Positions 49,232 to 62,938 are shown, numbered from the stretch's first letter. The stretch is DNA of 64,000 nucleotides from Auanema rhodensis (GCA_964057225.1 OZ059894.1:12090001-12154000); one strand, 5' to 3'. Translations and numbers: made by a program. Notes: generated from the letters alone by a model not told the origin.

Positions 49232-49373
49232 AATGTCATATTCTTCATTATCAGTTATATCACTCTAAATCTTGTTGTTAATAGATACGACCACAAAGAA
49301 AACAACAGGAACAGTAACAATAACAAAAAAAATTTTTTTTTCACCTATGTGTCTAAAGGTTAGCCATGTATCC

Positions 49374-49421
<48 letters not shown>

Positions 49422-50601
49422 ACAGTAAAAAGTCCAATCAAGAGAGAAATTTTTTCAACACATAGTTGTTTTTTTTTTAAATATCATTGTTTTTCCTCAT
49501 AACTCGGTTTAAACTCGTTCTAACCCGTTGAAATACGTCTAGAAAGTCTTTATAACATGCATATGTATGATAGAACTTCATATTTATTGTAATAGAAAAT
49601 TTTATTTTCAGACGTCTTGGTTAACAATGATATGTTTTACCCCCTTATAATTTTTATCATAATGTTCCTTATACGGAACGCTCAATGAAACTTGCTTCCA
49701 GAAAAATTTCTTTCTATTTTTTCTTCATATGTACGTAGATACTATAGAGAACTATGATAGAAAACTTTAACATTCACGAAATCATCATTTCTCATTACGC
49801 TACGGAGGTTTAAAAAGCTGTGTTTTACCTTATAATAGACCGGAAAACCCTTGTGTTAAAACTGGACCGTTTTTACACATATAAAAATGTCCCGTATTCG
49901 GGACCCTAATGTAACTTTTGATTCCCTATATTTTTTTTCATGAAATTTACAATCTACTGTAGAAAGAAGAATTATTTTTATAAAAACTGTAAATTTTTGA
50001 AAAATGAAAACAAAACGAAAACAAAAACAACTTTTTTTTGAACATTTTCTCACACAAGGGTCCCCCCTTACCTACTTTTTTTCTCATTACTCGTTTCAAC
50101 CTCATCCGATCACTCTGCAAACATGTTTAATCGTTCTAACTTGTTGAAATACGTCTTAAAAGTCTAAACAACATGCATATGCATAATAGAAACCACCCGA
50201 ATAGGCCCCCACGCACTAAACGAGATATATACATTACCAGTATAGTAATAGAACACATATTGAAGATTAATTCGATAAGAACAATTTATTGACGTAGAGA
50301 ATGTTTGTTCCGAAAAACTACAATATTAAACTATAAAAGTAACAAAAGCGTAGAGGCAGCAAAGACATGAATAAACATAAATGTAAATACAGAATTACCA
50401 GGTAGTACATAAGTATGACAAAAAATTATAAGAAAGCCATGAAAATAGAAGGTTTGTGAACAAATGAGAGGTACATCTTTGATCGTATAGTCATTTCTAA
50501 ACCGTTCGTATGCTGCAGCATCGTCATAAGCGTCACTCAAGTTGAATTTCCATGTGTACTACACGATTTTCATTCTTATTGTTACATTCTTTCCCTGAGG
50601 G

Positions 50602-50750
50602 AATGGGCCGTTCCCGCCAGCAGTGCAAGAGCGGGTCGACCCGTGAGGTGGAGCTAGCAAGCCAGCATCTACCTCAAGTCTCAAAAATCGGTTAACCTTA
50701 TTGTGAACCAATGGAACACATATCGAAGGTTAATTCGATAAGAACGATTA
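50602..50750 (-). pseudogene. U2 3' part downstream of element A copy 4
   Basis: Breaks at U2 nt 38. Confidence 0.9.
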
Positions 50751-53700
50751 ATGGTTTATTGAATAACTAATGTTATGAAACAATAAATAACCAATAAAAA
50801 AGAGCCCAGAATCGGGGAGACGGTATTACCAGTACAACTTAAAACAGCAAGTGATTAAAAAGTACAAAATAAAACACATTACCAACAGAGGCTAAAACGA
50901 CTCAAGAGTCGGGGGAGTGGGTTAAAAAAAGTAATGAATAACAAAAAAAATGAATAATAAAGCAGAACAGTGAAAAGTAAATATCAAGTGCCGCTATGAT
51001 CAAACAATTTGAGTGCCTACGGCAATGGTGTTAAAAATAAACAACAAAATACATGTACCAATGAAGGTCAGAAAGAGAGAAAGAAAAAAGACAAAAATAA
51101 GTAATACAAAAAGTAAAAAATATATTACAATCAAATCACAAACAAGTCAATGGATAATTTCTTCTTCATACTGCCTTACACCAGAAACATGTTCCACGTA
51201 GATATTCCTGGCCCACTTGATGGTATCGGCGACGACGAGCTTCTCCATTAGCCGGTTGTAGTGGCTGCTGATCTTGAGTGATCGGAGGGCTTGTACGTTG
51301 AGCGGGTCCATAGTTCCAAGCATTCCTACGACATACGCTTCTACACTAGTCTTATAACCAAGACATTGGTATTGGCTGGCTATGTCAGCATATTTCCTCT
51401 CCTTTATCATACGCGCGGCTATCATGGCTTGTCGGCGGTTTTCATAGCTCACTGTAACATCAACGATACTACAGTGTTTTGCGTCATGATCGACCACTAC
51501 TATGTCAGGTCGGAGTGTACTATTAATGCCAGGAAGAGGCTGGTTAGTGTAAACTTCTCCGTTTTTAGGCTCTGGCAGGGCTTTGATAAGACGGTCCACG
51601 ATGTTGTTGTGGCGGAGTTGGATTGCTCTCGTGTGAAAGTGGCAGTGTCCAAGAACATGTGCAGCAGTTTCGTTGGGGTAACTACACCTGCGGCACTGTT
51701 TGTTTCCTTCTCCGTGTCTTCTACAGCCATTGAGCTGGAGAGTATTAAGTCGAGCCTTGTGGATGAATCGCCAATCAGCAAACCGTATGAAATCTCCCTT
51801 CGCCATAAAGTGATTGGACGCTTTGTTGAGCATTGTGACATCAAAGACTTTCCCTTGATCCGGTTTTTGAAGAAGGATCCGAAGGTCTTTCAGCCATAAT
51901 GCACGTCGCAGGCTTCTGTGGCATAGTGAAGGTGTTAACAGTTGGTTGTTTAGATTGAGTTCTAAACCACTTTCGAGGCATGTCCAGTTAGCGTTGATGA
52001 GTTTCTTGAGTTGACGCATCGCTACTCTTACTCTAGTCCAGATGGAGGAAACATCAGATGTTTCGGTGTCGAAAATGCCATCAACGGAACCGTTGTAATA
52101 TGCAGCTGTCTCATCGTTACTGGCTTGACGTTTAATCCTTTTTGATGCTACTTTTATTGAGTCTTGATGCGCAATATCAGCTACTACAAGATCAGATGAC
52201 TTCAAAAGTTGGTAGGCATGAGTGACTTCACAGACGTCTGACAGGTGTTGGAGTCGAGAGAGACCAAGTCCGCCGTAGTTGGTTGGCAGGTAGATTGGTT
52301 CAGCACTGGCGTTTGGAGGATAGTGCATCCATCTACGGGCACAGCGTTTGAGTTCTTTGTCAAAGGCGACTAGTTTACTCTTTGGGACGTGGCCATTCGT
52401 CATATGAAAATTAAGGCAGGGCATCAGGAAGGTGCGTACTGCGTCAGCTTTCTGCCATTCAGCCAGTAAGGATTTGTCAATTTTTTCCAAGTGTTGACTC
52501 ATGATATTCACTGTTGGAACCGCAGACTTATGTAAATGCATTCCAGTAGGGATTCCCAGGTGGGAGTAGCTGTCAAATTTGCTGAGAGCGGGTAGAAAGC
52601 AGCTCTGAAGCATGTATGAGGCTGTTGATATTTTCCCTTTGTCGATCGTCAAAGTGGCGCATTTCGCTGGTTTGAAGGTCAAGCCTGTGAAATTAGCCGC
52701 ATTTGATGCTGCGTCCAACATTTTCTGTAGATCTTCTGATGATGAGGAGACCAGGGCAAGGTCATCGGCGTACGCTAGCACAGCGATGTTGTGATTGTGT
52801 AGCTTATAGCCTGTAGAGGTTTCCAAGATGGTTTTAATTAGAGGTTCAATGGCAAGGTTGAACAGGATCGGAGATAGTGGGGATCCTTGTAACACACCTG
52901 CGTGAACTGGAATGGTCGAAGTGAGTCCGGAGCCTGTCTGGATTCTTGTAGAGGCATCTGTGTATAGAGCTCGTACTCGGGATATTGAGGCTTCAGCCAT
53001 TCCTGACCATCTTAGAACGTCTAGCAGAGTTTCGTGTGGCAGCGATCCAAAAGCGTTTGCGAGATCAAGCCAAGCAATTGCAATTTTCTCACGTTTACGT
53101 TTAGCGTCTGCAATGGTACTTTGCAACAAAAAGTTGTGTTCCATGCATCCAGCTTTGGCCACAAAGCCCTTTTGGGAGGGAGAAAGTCTTTTTTCTGCTC
53201 TTGCCCATGTTAGCAGTCGATGCGTAAGACAAGCTGAGTACGTCTTACCAATTGTGCACGAAAGTGCTATTGGTCGCCAGTTGTTAATGTCAGCTTTATC
53301 ACCTTTCTTATGGATGAGGACGGTGGTCGACTCTTTCCAGGAAAAAGGGATGTGTCCTAGCTTGTGTACGGTGTTAAATATCGCTGCTAATATGTGACCT
53401 CCTTGGTCAAATTTCTTCCAGTGCGAGTATCGAAGTCCATCAGCTCCTGGAGCCGTATCGCTGCAACGTCGTATGCGTTCCCAGACTTCCAAAGGGGTGA
53501 AAACACCTTCTAATGGGTCGGTACTAGTTGGCAAATCCGGTCTGGTGACTGTGATGGGGAGGGCTGGGCCTTGACTGCTGTGAACAGAAAGGAAGTGTTT
53601 TTCAACATCTGCAGATGGTATGGTGCAGGTTTCACTTTGTTCTCCGAGCAGTTGTCGAAAGGCTTTCTTCTTGTTGGCCCTCCAAAGCTTCTGGATCTTC

Positions 53701-54477
53701 ATCGCCTGGGTTTTTTGGTCTTCCTCAGGTTGTGTGTGTGGTCGGCGCCTTTGTCGGAAGTTGGGAACTTTGATCATAATGTCAAGAGACTTTCTGATTG
53801 TGTCTATCAACTCTTCCAGGACCTGCTCGAGCTCACTTTTGCACACTACCTTTTTAATTCTATCCACCCAAATATTTTCAGAGTTTCTATTCGGATCAGG
53901 GTCGGCAAAAGATGGTTCTGTACTCGGAACCCTGATCTCGTTGAATATTTCACTCTCTCGCGGAAGGGGGGAAACTTCGGCCTCTGGGGACAAGTCCAGA
54001 ATTGGGGCCTCAAACAAGCGTACCGTTGATGGAGATCCTTGTTCCTGTCCACTGGATGATGTTTCCTCCATTGTACGCTCCTCCACGGGCGGGGTGGTCG
54101 TCCTTGTGCCTGGTGGGCGGGTGTTCCTGATCCTCCGCAATATAGGGCGGGAACTGGGCTCTCTCGGAGATAGAGGTGAGATCACCACAGTTTCCTCTAT
54201 GATGCGGAGGCATCCTTCAGCTTTTTTCTGATGGCTTTTAACGGCCTTCAGATTGCTGGTGAGGCCACAGGCACGGCACTCAAATTCTACTCCGACCTCA
54301 TGTTCTCTCCGAAGATGGCGGACGAGACCATTGTGGTCTGAGTAGGATCGCGGAATAGGAGCGCAGATTGAACAAGAAAAAGGGCTCTGAAGAGGCACCT
54401 TTAGCTTGTAAAGCCCTTGCTCCATCTCTAGCAGATCTAAAGACTTACGTAGTACAGTTGCAATATCGATTTAGCCA
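50751..54477 (-). mobile_element. Element A copy 4: full-length Utopia-like non-LTR retrotransposon
   Basis: Intact ORF; same junctions as copies 1 and 3. Confidence 0.93.
51147..54425 (-). CDS. Retrotransposon ZnF-RT-RLE protein (1092 aa)
   Basis: Same motifs; one V>I change versus copy 3. Confidence 0.96.
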   Translation of the reverse strand: MEQGLYKLKVPLQSPFSCSICAPIPRSYSDHNGLVRHLRREHEVGVEFECRACGLTSNLKAVKSHQKKAEGCLRIIEETVVISPLSPREPSSRPILRRIRNTRPPGTRTTTPPVEERTMEETSSSGQEQGSPSTVRLFEAPILDLSPEAEVSPLPRESEIFNEIRVPSTEPSFADPDPNRNSENIWVDRIKKVVCKSELEQVLEELIDTIRKSLDIMIKVPNFRQRRRPHTQPEEDQKTQAMKIQKLWRANKKKAFRQLLGEQSETCTIPSADVEKHFLSVHSSQGPALPITVTRPDLPTSTDPLEGVFTPLEVWERIRRCSDTAPGADGLRYSHWKKFDQGGHILAAIFNTVHKLGHIPFSWKESTTVLIHKKGDKADINNWRPIALSCTIGKTYSACLTHRLLTWARAEKRLSPSQKGFVAKAGCMEHNFLLQSTIADAKRKREKIAIAWLDLANAFGSLPHETLLDVLRWSGMAEASISRVRALYTDASTRIQTGSGLTSTIPVHAGVLQGSPLSPILFNLAIEPLIKTILETSTGYKLHNHNIAVLAYADDLALVSSSSEDLQKMLDAASNAANFTGLTFKPAKCATLTIDKGKISTASYMLQSCFLPALSKFDSYSHLGIPTGMHLHKSAVPTVNIMSQHLEKIDKSLLAEWQKADAVRTFLMPCLNFHMTNGHVPKSKLVAFDKELKRCARRWMHYPPNASAEPIYLPTNYGGLGLSRLQHLSDVCEVTHAYQLLKSSDLVVADIAHQDSIKVASKRIKRQASNDETAAYYNGSVDGIFDTETSDVSSIWTRVRVAMRQLKKLINANWTCLESGLELNLNNQLLTPSLCHRSLRRALWLKDLRILLQKPDQGKVFDVTMLNKASNHFMAKGDFIRFADWRFIHKARLNTLQLNGCRRHGEGNKQCRRCSYPNETAAHVLGHCHFHTRAIQLRHNNIVDRLIKALPEPKNGEVYTNQPLPGINSTLRPDIVVVDHDAKHCSIVDVTVSYENRRQAMIAARMIKERKYADIASQYQCLGYKTSVEAYVVGMLGTMDPLNVQALRSLKISSHYNRLMEKLVVADTIKWARNIYVEHVSGVRQYEEEIIH

Positions 54478-54573
54478 TTAACCTTATTGTGAACCAATGG
54501 AACACATATCGAAGGTTAATTCGATAAGAACGATTACTACACTTTGATCTTAGCCAAAAGGCCGAGAAGCGAT
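54478..54573 (-). pseudogene. U2 nt 1-96 head fused to element A
   Basis: Exact match to U2. Confidence 0.92.
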
Positions 54574-55015
54574 ACAGCATAGCCATGAGTATCAAAGACA
54601 TCAAGCAAATGTATCGTACTTGTTACGAGTGCACTCTCTCATTTGAATATAAAAGTGTGGTTTGACAATCTTGACTGTACAGGTCATAAATGGCTCATAT
54701 AAACTGTGGATTTACTCAACTTTTGGACTTATTTTTTTCTTATTCGAAGCGCTGCACTTTTTTCTATTCTTTTTATTCAAATACTTGTATATAGTTTTAT
54801 ATGTACGGTTGCAAAGTTTCCGAATATTTTATATATTTTTATACAATAATTAGGAGAAGGTTAATACAATGAAATCTCCCAACTTTACAGTGTTTGTATT
54901 GCTTACAGTATCTAGAACAACCACTCTTGTAATATTAGAGCACATATCAATCAACAACTTTTTCTAGTTATCAAAGCTTTTTTATTTCTTCAAGATATTT
55001 CAAATAAAATATAAA

Positions 55016-55134
55016 AGCTTACGACACCCGGGATTCCCAAGCCGTCTCCGATCCAAGTACTAACCGGGCCCAACGTTGCTTGACTTGCCAGATCGGACGG
55101 GATGGCGTACTTTCAACGTGGTATGGTCGTAAGC
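55016..55134 (-). rRNA. 5S rRNA
   Basis: Copy of 1225-1343. Confidence 0.96.
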
Positions 55135-55375
55135 AATGTTATATTCTTCATTATCAGTTATATCACTCTAAATCTTGTTGTTAATAGTTAGGACCACAAA
55201 GAAAACAACAGGAACAGTAACAAATGAAATGCCCAAACTTTACAGTGTTCGAGTTATTTACAGTATCTAAGACTACCTCTGTCGTGTTATTAGAGCAAAC
55301 ATTCGATTAACAACAACTTTTTTTTAGTTATCAAAGCTTTTTTATTTCTTCAAAAAATTTCAAATAAAATATAAA

Positions 55376-55494
55376 AGCTTACGACACCCGGGATTCCCAA
55401 GCCGTCTCCGATCCAAGTACTAACCGGGCCCAACGTTGCTTGACTTGCCAGATCGGACGGGATGGCGTACTTTCAACGTGGTATGGTCGTAAGC
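55376..55494 (-). rRNA. 5S rRNA
   Basis: Copy of 1225-1343. Confidence 0.96.
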
Positions 55495-55636
55495 AATGTC
55501 ATATTCTTCATTATCAGTTATATCACTCTAAATCTTGTTGTTAATAGATACGACCACAAAGAAAACAACAGGAACAGTAACAATAACAAAAAAAATTTTT
55601 TTTTCACCTATGTGTCTAAAGGTTAGCCATGTATCC

Positions 55637-55692
<56 letters not shown>

Positions 55693-56872
55693 ACAGTAAA
55701 AAGTCCAATCAAGAGAGAAATTTTTTCAACACATAGTTGTTTTTTTTTTAAATATCATTGTTTTTCCTCATAACTCGGTTTAAACTCGTTCTAACCCGTT
55801 GAAATACGTCTAGAAAGTCTTTATAACATGCATATGTATGATAGAACTTCATATTTATTGTAATAGAAAATTTTATTTTCAGACGTCTTGGTTAACAATG
55901 ATATGTTTTACCCCCTTATAATTTTTATCATAATGTTCCTTATACGGAACGCTCAATGAAACTTGCTTCCAGAAAAATTTCTTTCTATTTTTTCTTCATA
56001 TGTACGTAGATACTATAGAGAACTATGATAGAAAACTTTAACATTCACGAAATCATCATTTCTCATTACGCTACGGAGGTTTAAAAAGCTGTGTTTTACC
56101 TTATAATAGACCGGAAAACCCTTGTGTTAAAACTGGACCGTTTTTACACATATAAAAATGTCCCGTATTCGGGACCCTAATGTAACTTTTGATTCCCTAT
56201 ATTTTTTTTCATGAAATTTACAATCTACTGTAGAAAGAAGAATTATTTTTATAAAAACTGTAAATTTTTGAAAAATGAAAACAAAACGAAAACAAAAACA
56301 ACTTTTTTTTGAACATTTTCTCACACAAGGGTCCCCCCTTACCTACTTTTTTTCTCATTACTCGTTTCAACCTCATCCGATCACTCTGCAAACATGTTTA
56401 ATCGTTCTAACTTGTTGAAATACGTCTTAAAAGTCTAAACAACATGCATATGCATAATAGAAACCACCCGAATAGGCCCCCACGCACTAAACGAGATATA
56501 TACATTACCAGTATAGTAATAGAACACATATTGAAGATTAATTCGATAAGAACAATTTATTGACGTAGAGAATGTTTGTTCCGAAAAACTACAATATTAA
56601 ACTATAAAAGTAACAAAAGCGTAGAGGCAGCAAAGACATGAATAAACATAAATGTAAATACAGAATTACCAGGTAGTACATAAGTATGACAAAAAATTAT
56701 AAGAAAGCCATGAAAATAGAAGGTTTGTGAACAAATGAGAGGTACATCTTTGATCGTATAGTCATTTCTAAACCGTTCGTATGCTGCAGCATCGTCATAA
56801 GCGTCACTCAAGTTGAATTTCCATGTGTACTACACGATTTTCATTCTTATTGTTACATTCTTTCCCTGAGGG

Positions 56873-57058
56873 AATGGGCCGTTCCCGCCAGCAGTGCAAG
56901 AGCGGGTCGACCCGTGAGGTGGAGCTAGCAAGCCAGCATCTACCTCAAGTCTCAAAAATCGGTTAACCTTATTGTGAACCAATGGAACACATATCGAAGG
57001 TTAATTCGATAAGAACGATTACTACACTTTGATCTTAGCCAAAAGGCCGAGAAGCGAT
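56873..57058 (-). ncRNA. U2: U2 snRNA, intact
   Basis: Copy of 597-782. Confidence 0.95.
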
Positions 57059-57500
57059 ACAGCATAGCCATGAGTATCAAAGACATCAAGCAAATGTATC
57101 GTACTTGTTACGAGTGCACTCTCTCATTTGAATATAAAAGTGTGGTTTGACAATCTTGACTGTACAGGTCATAAATGGCTCATATAAACTGTGGATTTAC
57201 TCAACTTTTGGACTTATTTTTTTCTTATTCGAAGCGCTGCACTTTTTTCTATTCTTTTTATTCAAATACTTGTATATAGTTTTATATGTACGGTTGCAAA
57301 GTTTCCGAATATTTTATATATTTTTATACAATAATTAGGAGAAGGTTAATACAATGAAATCTCCCAACTTTACAGTGTTTGTATTGCTTACAGTATCTAG
57401 AACAACCACTCTTGTAATATTAGAGCACATATCAATCAACAACTTTTTCTAGTTATCAAAGCTTTTTTATTTCTTCAAGATATTTCAAATAAAATATAAA

Positions 57501-57619
57501 AGCTTACGACACCCGGGATTCCCAAGCCGTCTCCGATCCAAGTACTAACCGGGCCCAACGTTGCTTGACTTGCCAGATCGGACGGGATGGCGTACTTTCA
57601 ACGTGGTATGGTCGTAAGC
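57501..57619 (-). rRNA. 5S rRNA
   Basis: Copy of 1225-1343. Confidence 0.96.
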
Positions 57620-57860
57620 AATGTTATATTCTTCATTATCAGTTATATCACTCTAAATCTTGTTGTTAATAGTTAGGACCACAAAGAAAACAACAGGAAC
57701 AGTAACAAATGAAATGCCCAAACTTTACAGTGTTCGAGTTATTTACAGTATCTAAGACTACCTCTGTCGTGTTATTAGAGCAAACATTCGATTAACAACA
57801 ACTTTTTTTTAGTTATCAAAGCTTTTTTATTTCTTCAAAAAATTTCAAATAAAATATAAA

Positions 57861-57979
57861 AGCTTACGACACCCGGGATTCCCAAGCCGTCTCCGATCCA
57901 AGTACTAACCGGGCCCAACGTTGCTTGACTTGCCAGATCGGACGGGATGGCGTACTTTCAACGTGGTATGGTCGTAAGC
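57861..57979 (-). rRNA. 5S rRNA
   Basis: Copy of 1225-1343. Confidence 0.96.
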
Positions 57980-58121
57980 AATGTCATATTCTTCATTATC
58001 AGTTATATCACTCTAAATCTTGTTGTTAATAGATACGACCACAAAGAAAACAACAGGAACAGTAACAATAACAAAAAAAATTTTTTTTTCACCTATGTGT
58101 CTAAAGGTTAGCCATGTATCC

Positions 58122-58169
<48 letters not shown>

Positions 58170-59349
58170 ACAGTAAAAAGTCCAATCAAGAGAGAAATTT
58201 TTTCAACACATAGTTGTTTTTTTTTTAAATATCATTGTTTTTCCTCATAACTCGGTTTAAACTCGTTCTAACCCGTTGAAATACGTCTAGAAAGTCTTTA
58301 TAACATGCATATGTATGATAGAACTTCATATTTATTGTAATAGAAAATTTTATTTTCAGACGTCTTGGTTAACAATGATATGTTTTACCCCCTTATAATT
58401 TTTATCATAATGTTCCTTATACGGAACGCTCAATGAAACTTGCTTCCAGAAAAATTTCTTTCTATTTTTTCTTCATATGTACGTAGATACTATAGAGAAC
58501 TATGATAGAAAACTTTAACATTCACGAAATCATCATTTCTCATTACGCTACGGAGGTTTAAAAAGCTGTGTTTTACCTTATAATAGACCGGAAAACCCTT
58601 GTGTTAAAACTGGACCGTTTTTACACATATAAAAATGTCCCGTATTCGGGACCCTAATGTAACTTTTGATTCCCTATATTTTTTTTCATGAAATTTACAA
58701 TCTACTGTAGAAAGAAGAATTATTTTTATAAAAACTGTAAATTTTTGAAAAATGAAAACAAAACGAAAACAAAAACAACTTTTTTTTGAACATTTTCTCA
58801 CACAAGGGTCCCCCCTTACCTACTTTTTTTCTCATTACTCGTTTCAACCTCATCCGATCACTCTGCAAACATGTTTAATCGTTCTAACTTGTTGAAATAC
58901 GTCTTAAAAGTCTAAACAACATGCATATGCATAATAGAAACCACCCGAATAGGCCCCCACGCACTAAACGAGATATATACATTACCAGTATAGTAATAGA
59001 ACACATATTGAAGATTAATTCGATAAGAACAATTTATTGACGTAGAGAATGTTTGTTCCGAAAAACTACAATATTAAACTATAAAAGTAACAAAAGCGTA
59101 GAGGCAGCAAAGACATGAATAAACATAAATGTAAATACAGAATTACCAGGTAGTACATAAGTATGACAAAAAATTATAAGAAAGCCATGAAAATAGAAGG
59201 TTTGTGAACAAATGAGAGGTACATCTTTGATCGTATAGTCATTTCTAAACCGTTCGTATGCTGCAGCATCGTCATAAGCGTCACTCAAGTTGAATTTCCA
59301 TGTGTACTACACGATTTTCATTCTTATTGTTACATTCTTTCCCTGAGGG

Positions 59350-59535
59350 AATGGGCCGTTCCCGCCAGCAGTGCAAGAGCGGGTCGACCCGTGAGGTGGA
59401 GCTAGCAAGCCAGCATCTACCTCAAGTCTCAAAAATCGGTTAACCTTATTGTGAACCAATGGAACACATATCGAAGGTTAATTCGATAAGAACGATTACT
59501 ACACTTTGATCTTAGCCAAAAGGCCGAGAAGCGAT
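59350..59535 (-). ncRNA. U2: U2 snRNA, intact
   Basis: Copy of 597-782. Confidence 0.95.
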
Positions 59536-59977
59536 ACAGCATAGCCATGAGTATCAAAGACATCAAGCAAATGTATCGTACTTGTTACGAGTGCACTCTC
59601 TCATTTGAATATAAAAGTGTGGTTTGACAATCTTGACTGTACAGGTCATAAATGGCTCATATAAACTGTGGATTTACTCAACTTTTGGACTTATTTTTTT
59701 CTTATTCGAAGCGCTGCACTTTTTTCTATTCTTTTTATTCAAATACTTGTATATAGTTTTATATGTACGGTTGCAAAGTTTCCGAATATTTTATATATTT
59801 TTATACAATAATTAGGAGAAGGTTAATACAATGAAATCTCCCAACTTTACAGTGTTTGTATTGCTTACAGTATCTAGAACAACCACTCTTGTAATATTAG
59901 AGCACATATCAATCAACAACTTTTTCTAGTTATCAAAGCTTTTTTATTTCTTCAAGATATTTCAAATAAAATATAAA

Positions 59978-60096
59978 AGCTTACGACACCCGGGATTCCC
60001 AAGCCGTCTCCGATCCAAGTACTAACCGGGCCCAACGTTGCTTGACTTGCCAGATCGGACGGGATGGCGTACTTTCAACGTGGTATGGTCGTAAGC
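59978..60096 (-). rRNA. 5S rRNA
   Basis: Copy of 1225-1343. Confidence 0.96.
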
Positions 60097-60337
60097 AATG
60101 TTATATTCTTCATTATCAGTTATATCACTCTAAATCTTGTTGTTAATAGTTAGGACCACAAAGAAAACAACAGGAACAGTAACAAATGAAATGCCCAAAC
60201 TTTACAGTGTTCGAGTTATTTACAGTATCTAAGACTACCTCTGTCGTGTTATTAGAGCAAACATTCGATTAACAACAACTTTTTTTTAGTTATCAAAGCT
60301 TTTTTATTTCTTCAAAAAATTTCAAATAAAATATAAA

Positions 60338-60456
60338 AGCTTACGACACCCGGGATTCCCAAGCCGTCTCCGATCCAAGTACTAACCGGGCCCAACGTTG
60401 CTTGACTTGCCAGATCGGACGGGATGGCGTACTTTCAACGTGGTATGGTCGTAAGC
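60338..60456 (-). rRNA. 5S rRNA
   Basis: Copy of 1225-1343. Confidence 0.96.
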
Positions 60457-60598
60457 AATGTCATATTCTTCATTATCAGTTATATCACTCTAAATCTTGT
60501 TGTTAATAGATACGACCACAAAGAAAACAACAGGAACAGTAACAATAACAAAAAAAATTTTTTTTTCACCTATGTGTCTAAAGGTTAGCCATGTATCC

Positions 60599-60652
<54 letters not shown>

Positions 60653-61831
60653 ACAGTAAAAAGTCCAATCAAGAGAGAAATTTTTTCAACACATAGTTGT
60701 TTTTTTTTAAATATCATTGTTTTTCCTCATAACTCGGTTTAAACTCGTTCTAACCCGTTGAAATACGTCTAGAAAGTCTTTATAACATGCATATGTATGA
60801 TAGAACTTCATATTTATTGTAATAGAAAATTTTATTTTCAGACGTCTTGGTTAACAATGATATGTTTTACCCCCTTATAATTTTTATCATAATGTTCCTT
60901 ATACGGAACGCTCAATGAAACTTGCTTCCAGAAAAATTTCTTTCTATTTTTTCTTCATATGTACGTAGATACTATAGAGAACTATGATAGAAAACTTTAA
61001 CATTCACGAAATCATCATTTCTCATTACGCTACGGAGGTTTAAAAAGCTGTGTTTTACCTTATAATAGACCGGAAAACCCTTGTGTTAAAACTGGACCGT
61101 TTTTACACATATAAAAATGTCCCGTATTCGGGACCCTAATGTAACTTTTGATTCCCTATATTTTTTTTCATGAAATTTACAATCTACTGTAGAAAGAAGA
61201 ATTATTTTTATAAAAACTGTAAATTTTTGAAAAATGAAAACAAAACGAAAACAAAAACAACTTTTTTTTGAACATTTTCTCACACAAGGGTCCCCCCTTA
61301 CCTACTTTTTTTCTCATTACTCGTTTCAACCTCATCCGATCACTCTGCAAACATGTTTAATCGTTCTAACTTGTTGAAATACGTCTTAAAAGTCTAAACA
61401 ACATGCATATGCATAATAGAAACCACCCGAATAGGCCCCCACGCACTAAACGAGATATATACATTACCAGTATAGTAATAGAACACATATTGAAGATTAA
61501 TTCGATAAGAACAATTTATTGACGTAGAGAATGTTTGTTCCGAAAAACTACAATATTAAACTATAAAAGTAACAAAAGCGTAGAGGCAGCAAAGACATGA
61601 ATAAACATAAATGTAAATACAGAATTACCAGGTAGTACATAAGTATGACAAAAAATTATAAGAAAGCCATGAAAATAGAAGGTTTGTGAACAAATGAGAG
61701 GTACATCTTTGATCGTATAGTCATTTCTAAACCGTTCGTATGCTGCAGCATCGTCATAAGCGTCACTCAAGTTGAATTTCCATGTGTACTACACGATTTT
61801 CATTCTTATTGTTACATTCTTTCCCTGAGGG

Positions 61832-62017
61832 AATGGGCCGTTCCCGCCAGCAGTGCAAGAGCGGGTCGACCCGTGAGGTGGAGCTAGCAAGCCAGCATCT
61901 ACCTCAAGTCTCAAAAATCGGTTAACCTTATTGTGAACCAATGGAACACATATCGAAGGTTAATTCGATAAGAACGATTACTACACTTTGATCTTAGCCA
62001 AAAGGCCGAGAAGCGAT
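61832..62017 (-). ncRNA. U2: U2 snRNA, intact
   Basis: Copy of 597-782. Confidence 0.95.
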
Positions 62018-62459
62018 ACAGCATAGCCATGAGTATCAAAGACATCAAGCAAATGTATCGTACTTGTTACGAGTGCACTCTCTCATTTGAATATAAAAGT
62101 GTGGTTTGACAATCTTGACTGTACAGGTCATAAATGGCTCATATAAACTGTGGATTTACTCAACTTTTGGACTTATTTTTTTCTTATTCGAAGCGCTGCA
62201 CTTTTTTCTATTCTTTTTATTCAAATACTTGTATATAGTTTTATATGTACGGTTGCAAAGTTTCCGAATATTTTATATATTTTTATACAATAATTAGGAG
62301 AAGGTTAATACAATGAAATCTCCCAACTTTACAGTGTTTGTATTGCTTACAGTATCTAGAACAACCACTCTTGTAATATTAGAGCACATATCAATCAACA
62401 ACTTTTTCTAGTTATCAAAGCTTTTTTATTTCTTCAAGATATTTCAAATAAAATATAAA

Positions 62460-62578
62460 AGCTTACGACACCCGGGATTCCCAAGCCGTCTCCGATCCAA
62501 GTACTAACCGGGCCCAACGTTGCTTGACTTGCCAGATCGGACGGGATGGCGTACTTTCAACGTGGTATGGTCGTAAGC
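62460..62578 (-). rRNA. 5S rRNA
   Basis: Copy of 1225-1343. Confidence 0.96.
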
Positions 62579-62819
62579 AATGTTATATTCTTCATTATCA
62601 GTTATATCACTCTAAATCTTGTTGTTAATAGTTAGGACCACAAAGAAAACAACAGGAACAGTAACAAATGAAATGCCCAAACTTTACAGTGTTCGAGTTA
62701 TTTACAGTATCTAAGACTACCTCTGTCGTGTTATTAGAGCAAACATTCGATTAACAACAACTTTTTTTTAGTTATCAAAGCTTTTTTATTTCTTCAAAAA
62801 ATTTCAAATAAAATATAAA

Positions 62820-62938
62820 AGCTTACGACACCCGGGATTCCCAAGCCGTCTCCGATCCAAGTACTAACCGGGCCCAACGTTGCTTGACTTGCCAGATCGG
62901 ACGGGATGGCGTACTTTCAACGTGGTATGGTCGTAAGC
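62820..62938 (-). rRNA. 5S rRNA
   Basis: Copy of 1225-1343. Confidence 0.96.
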
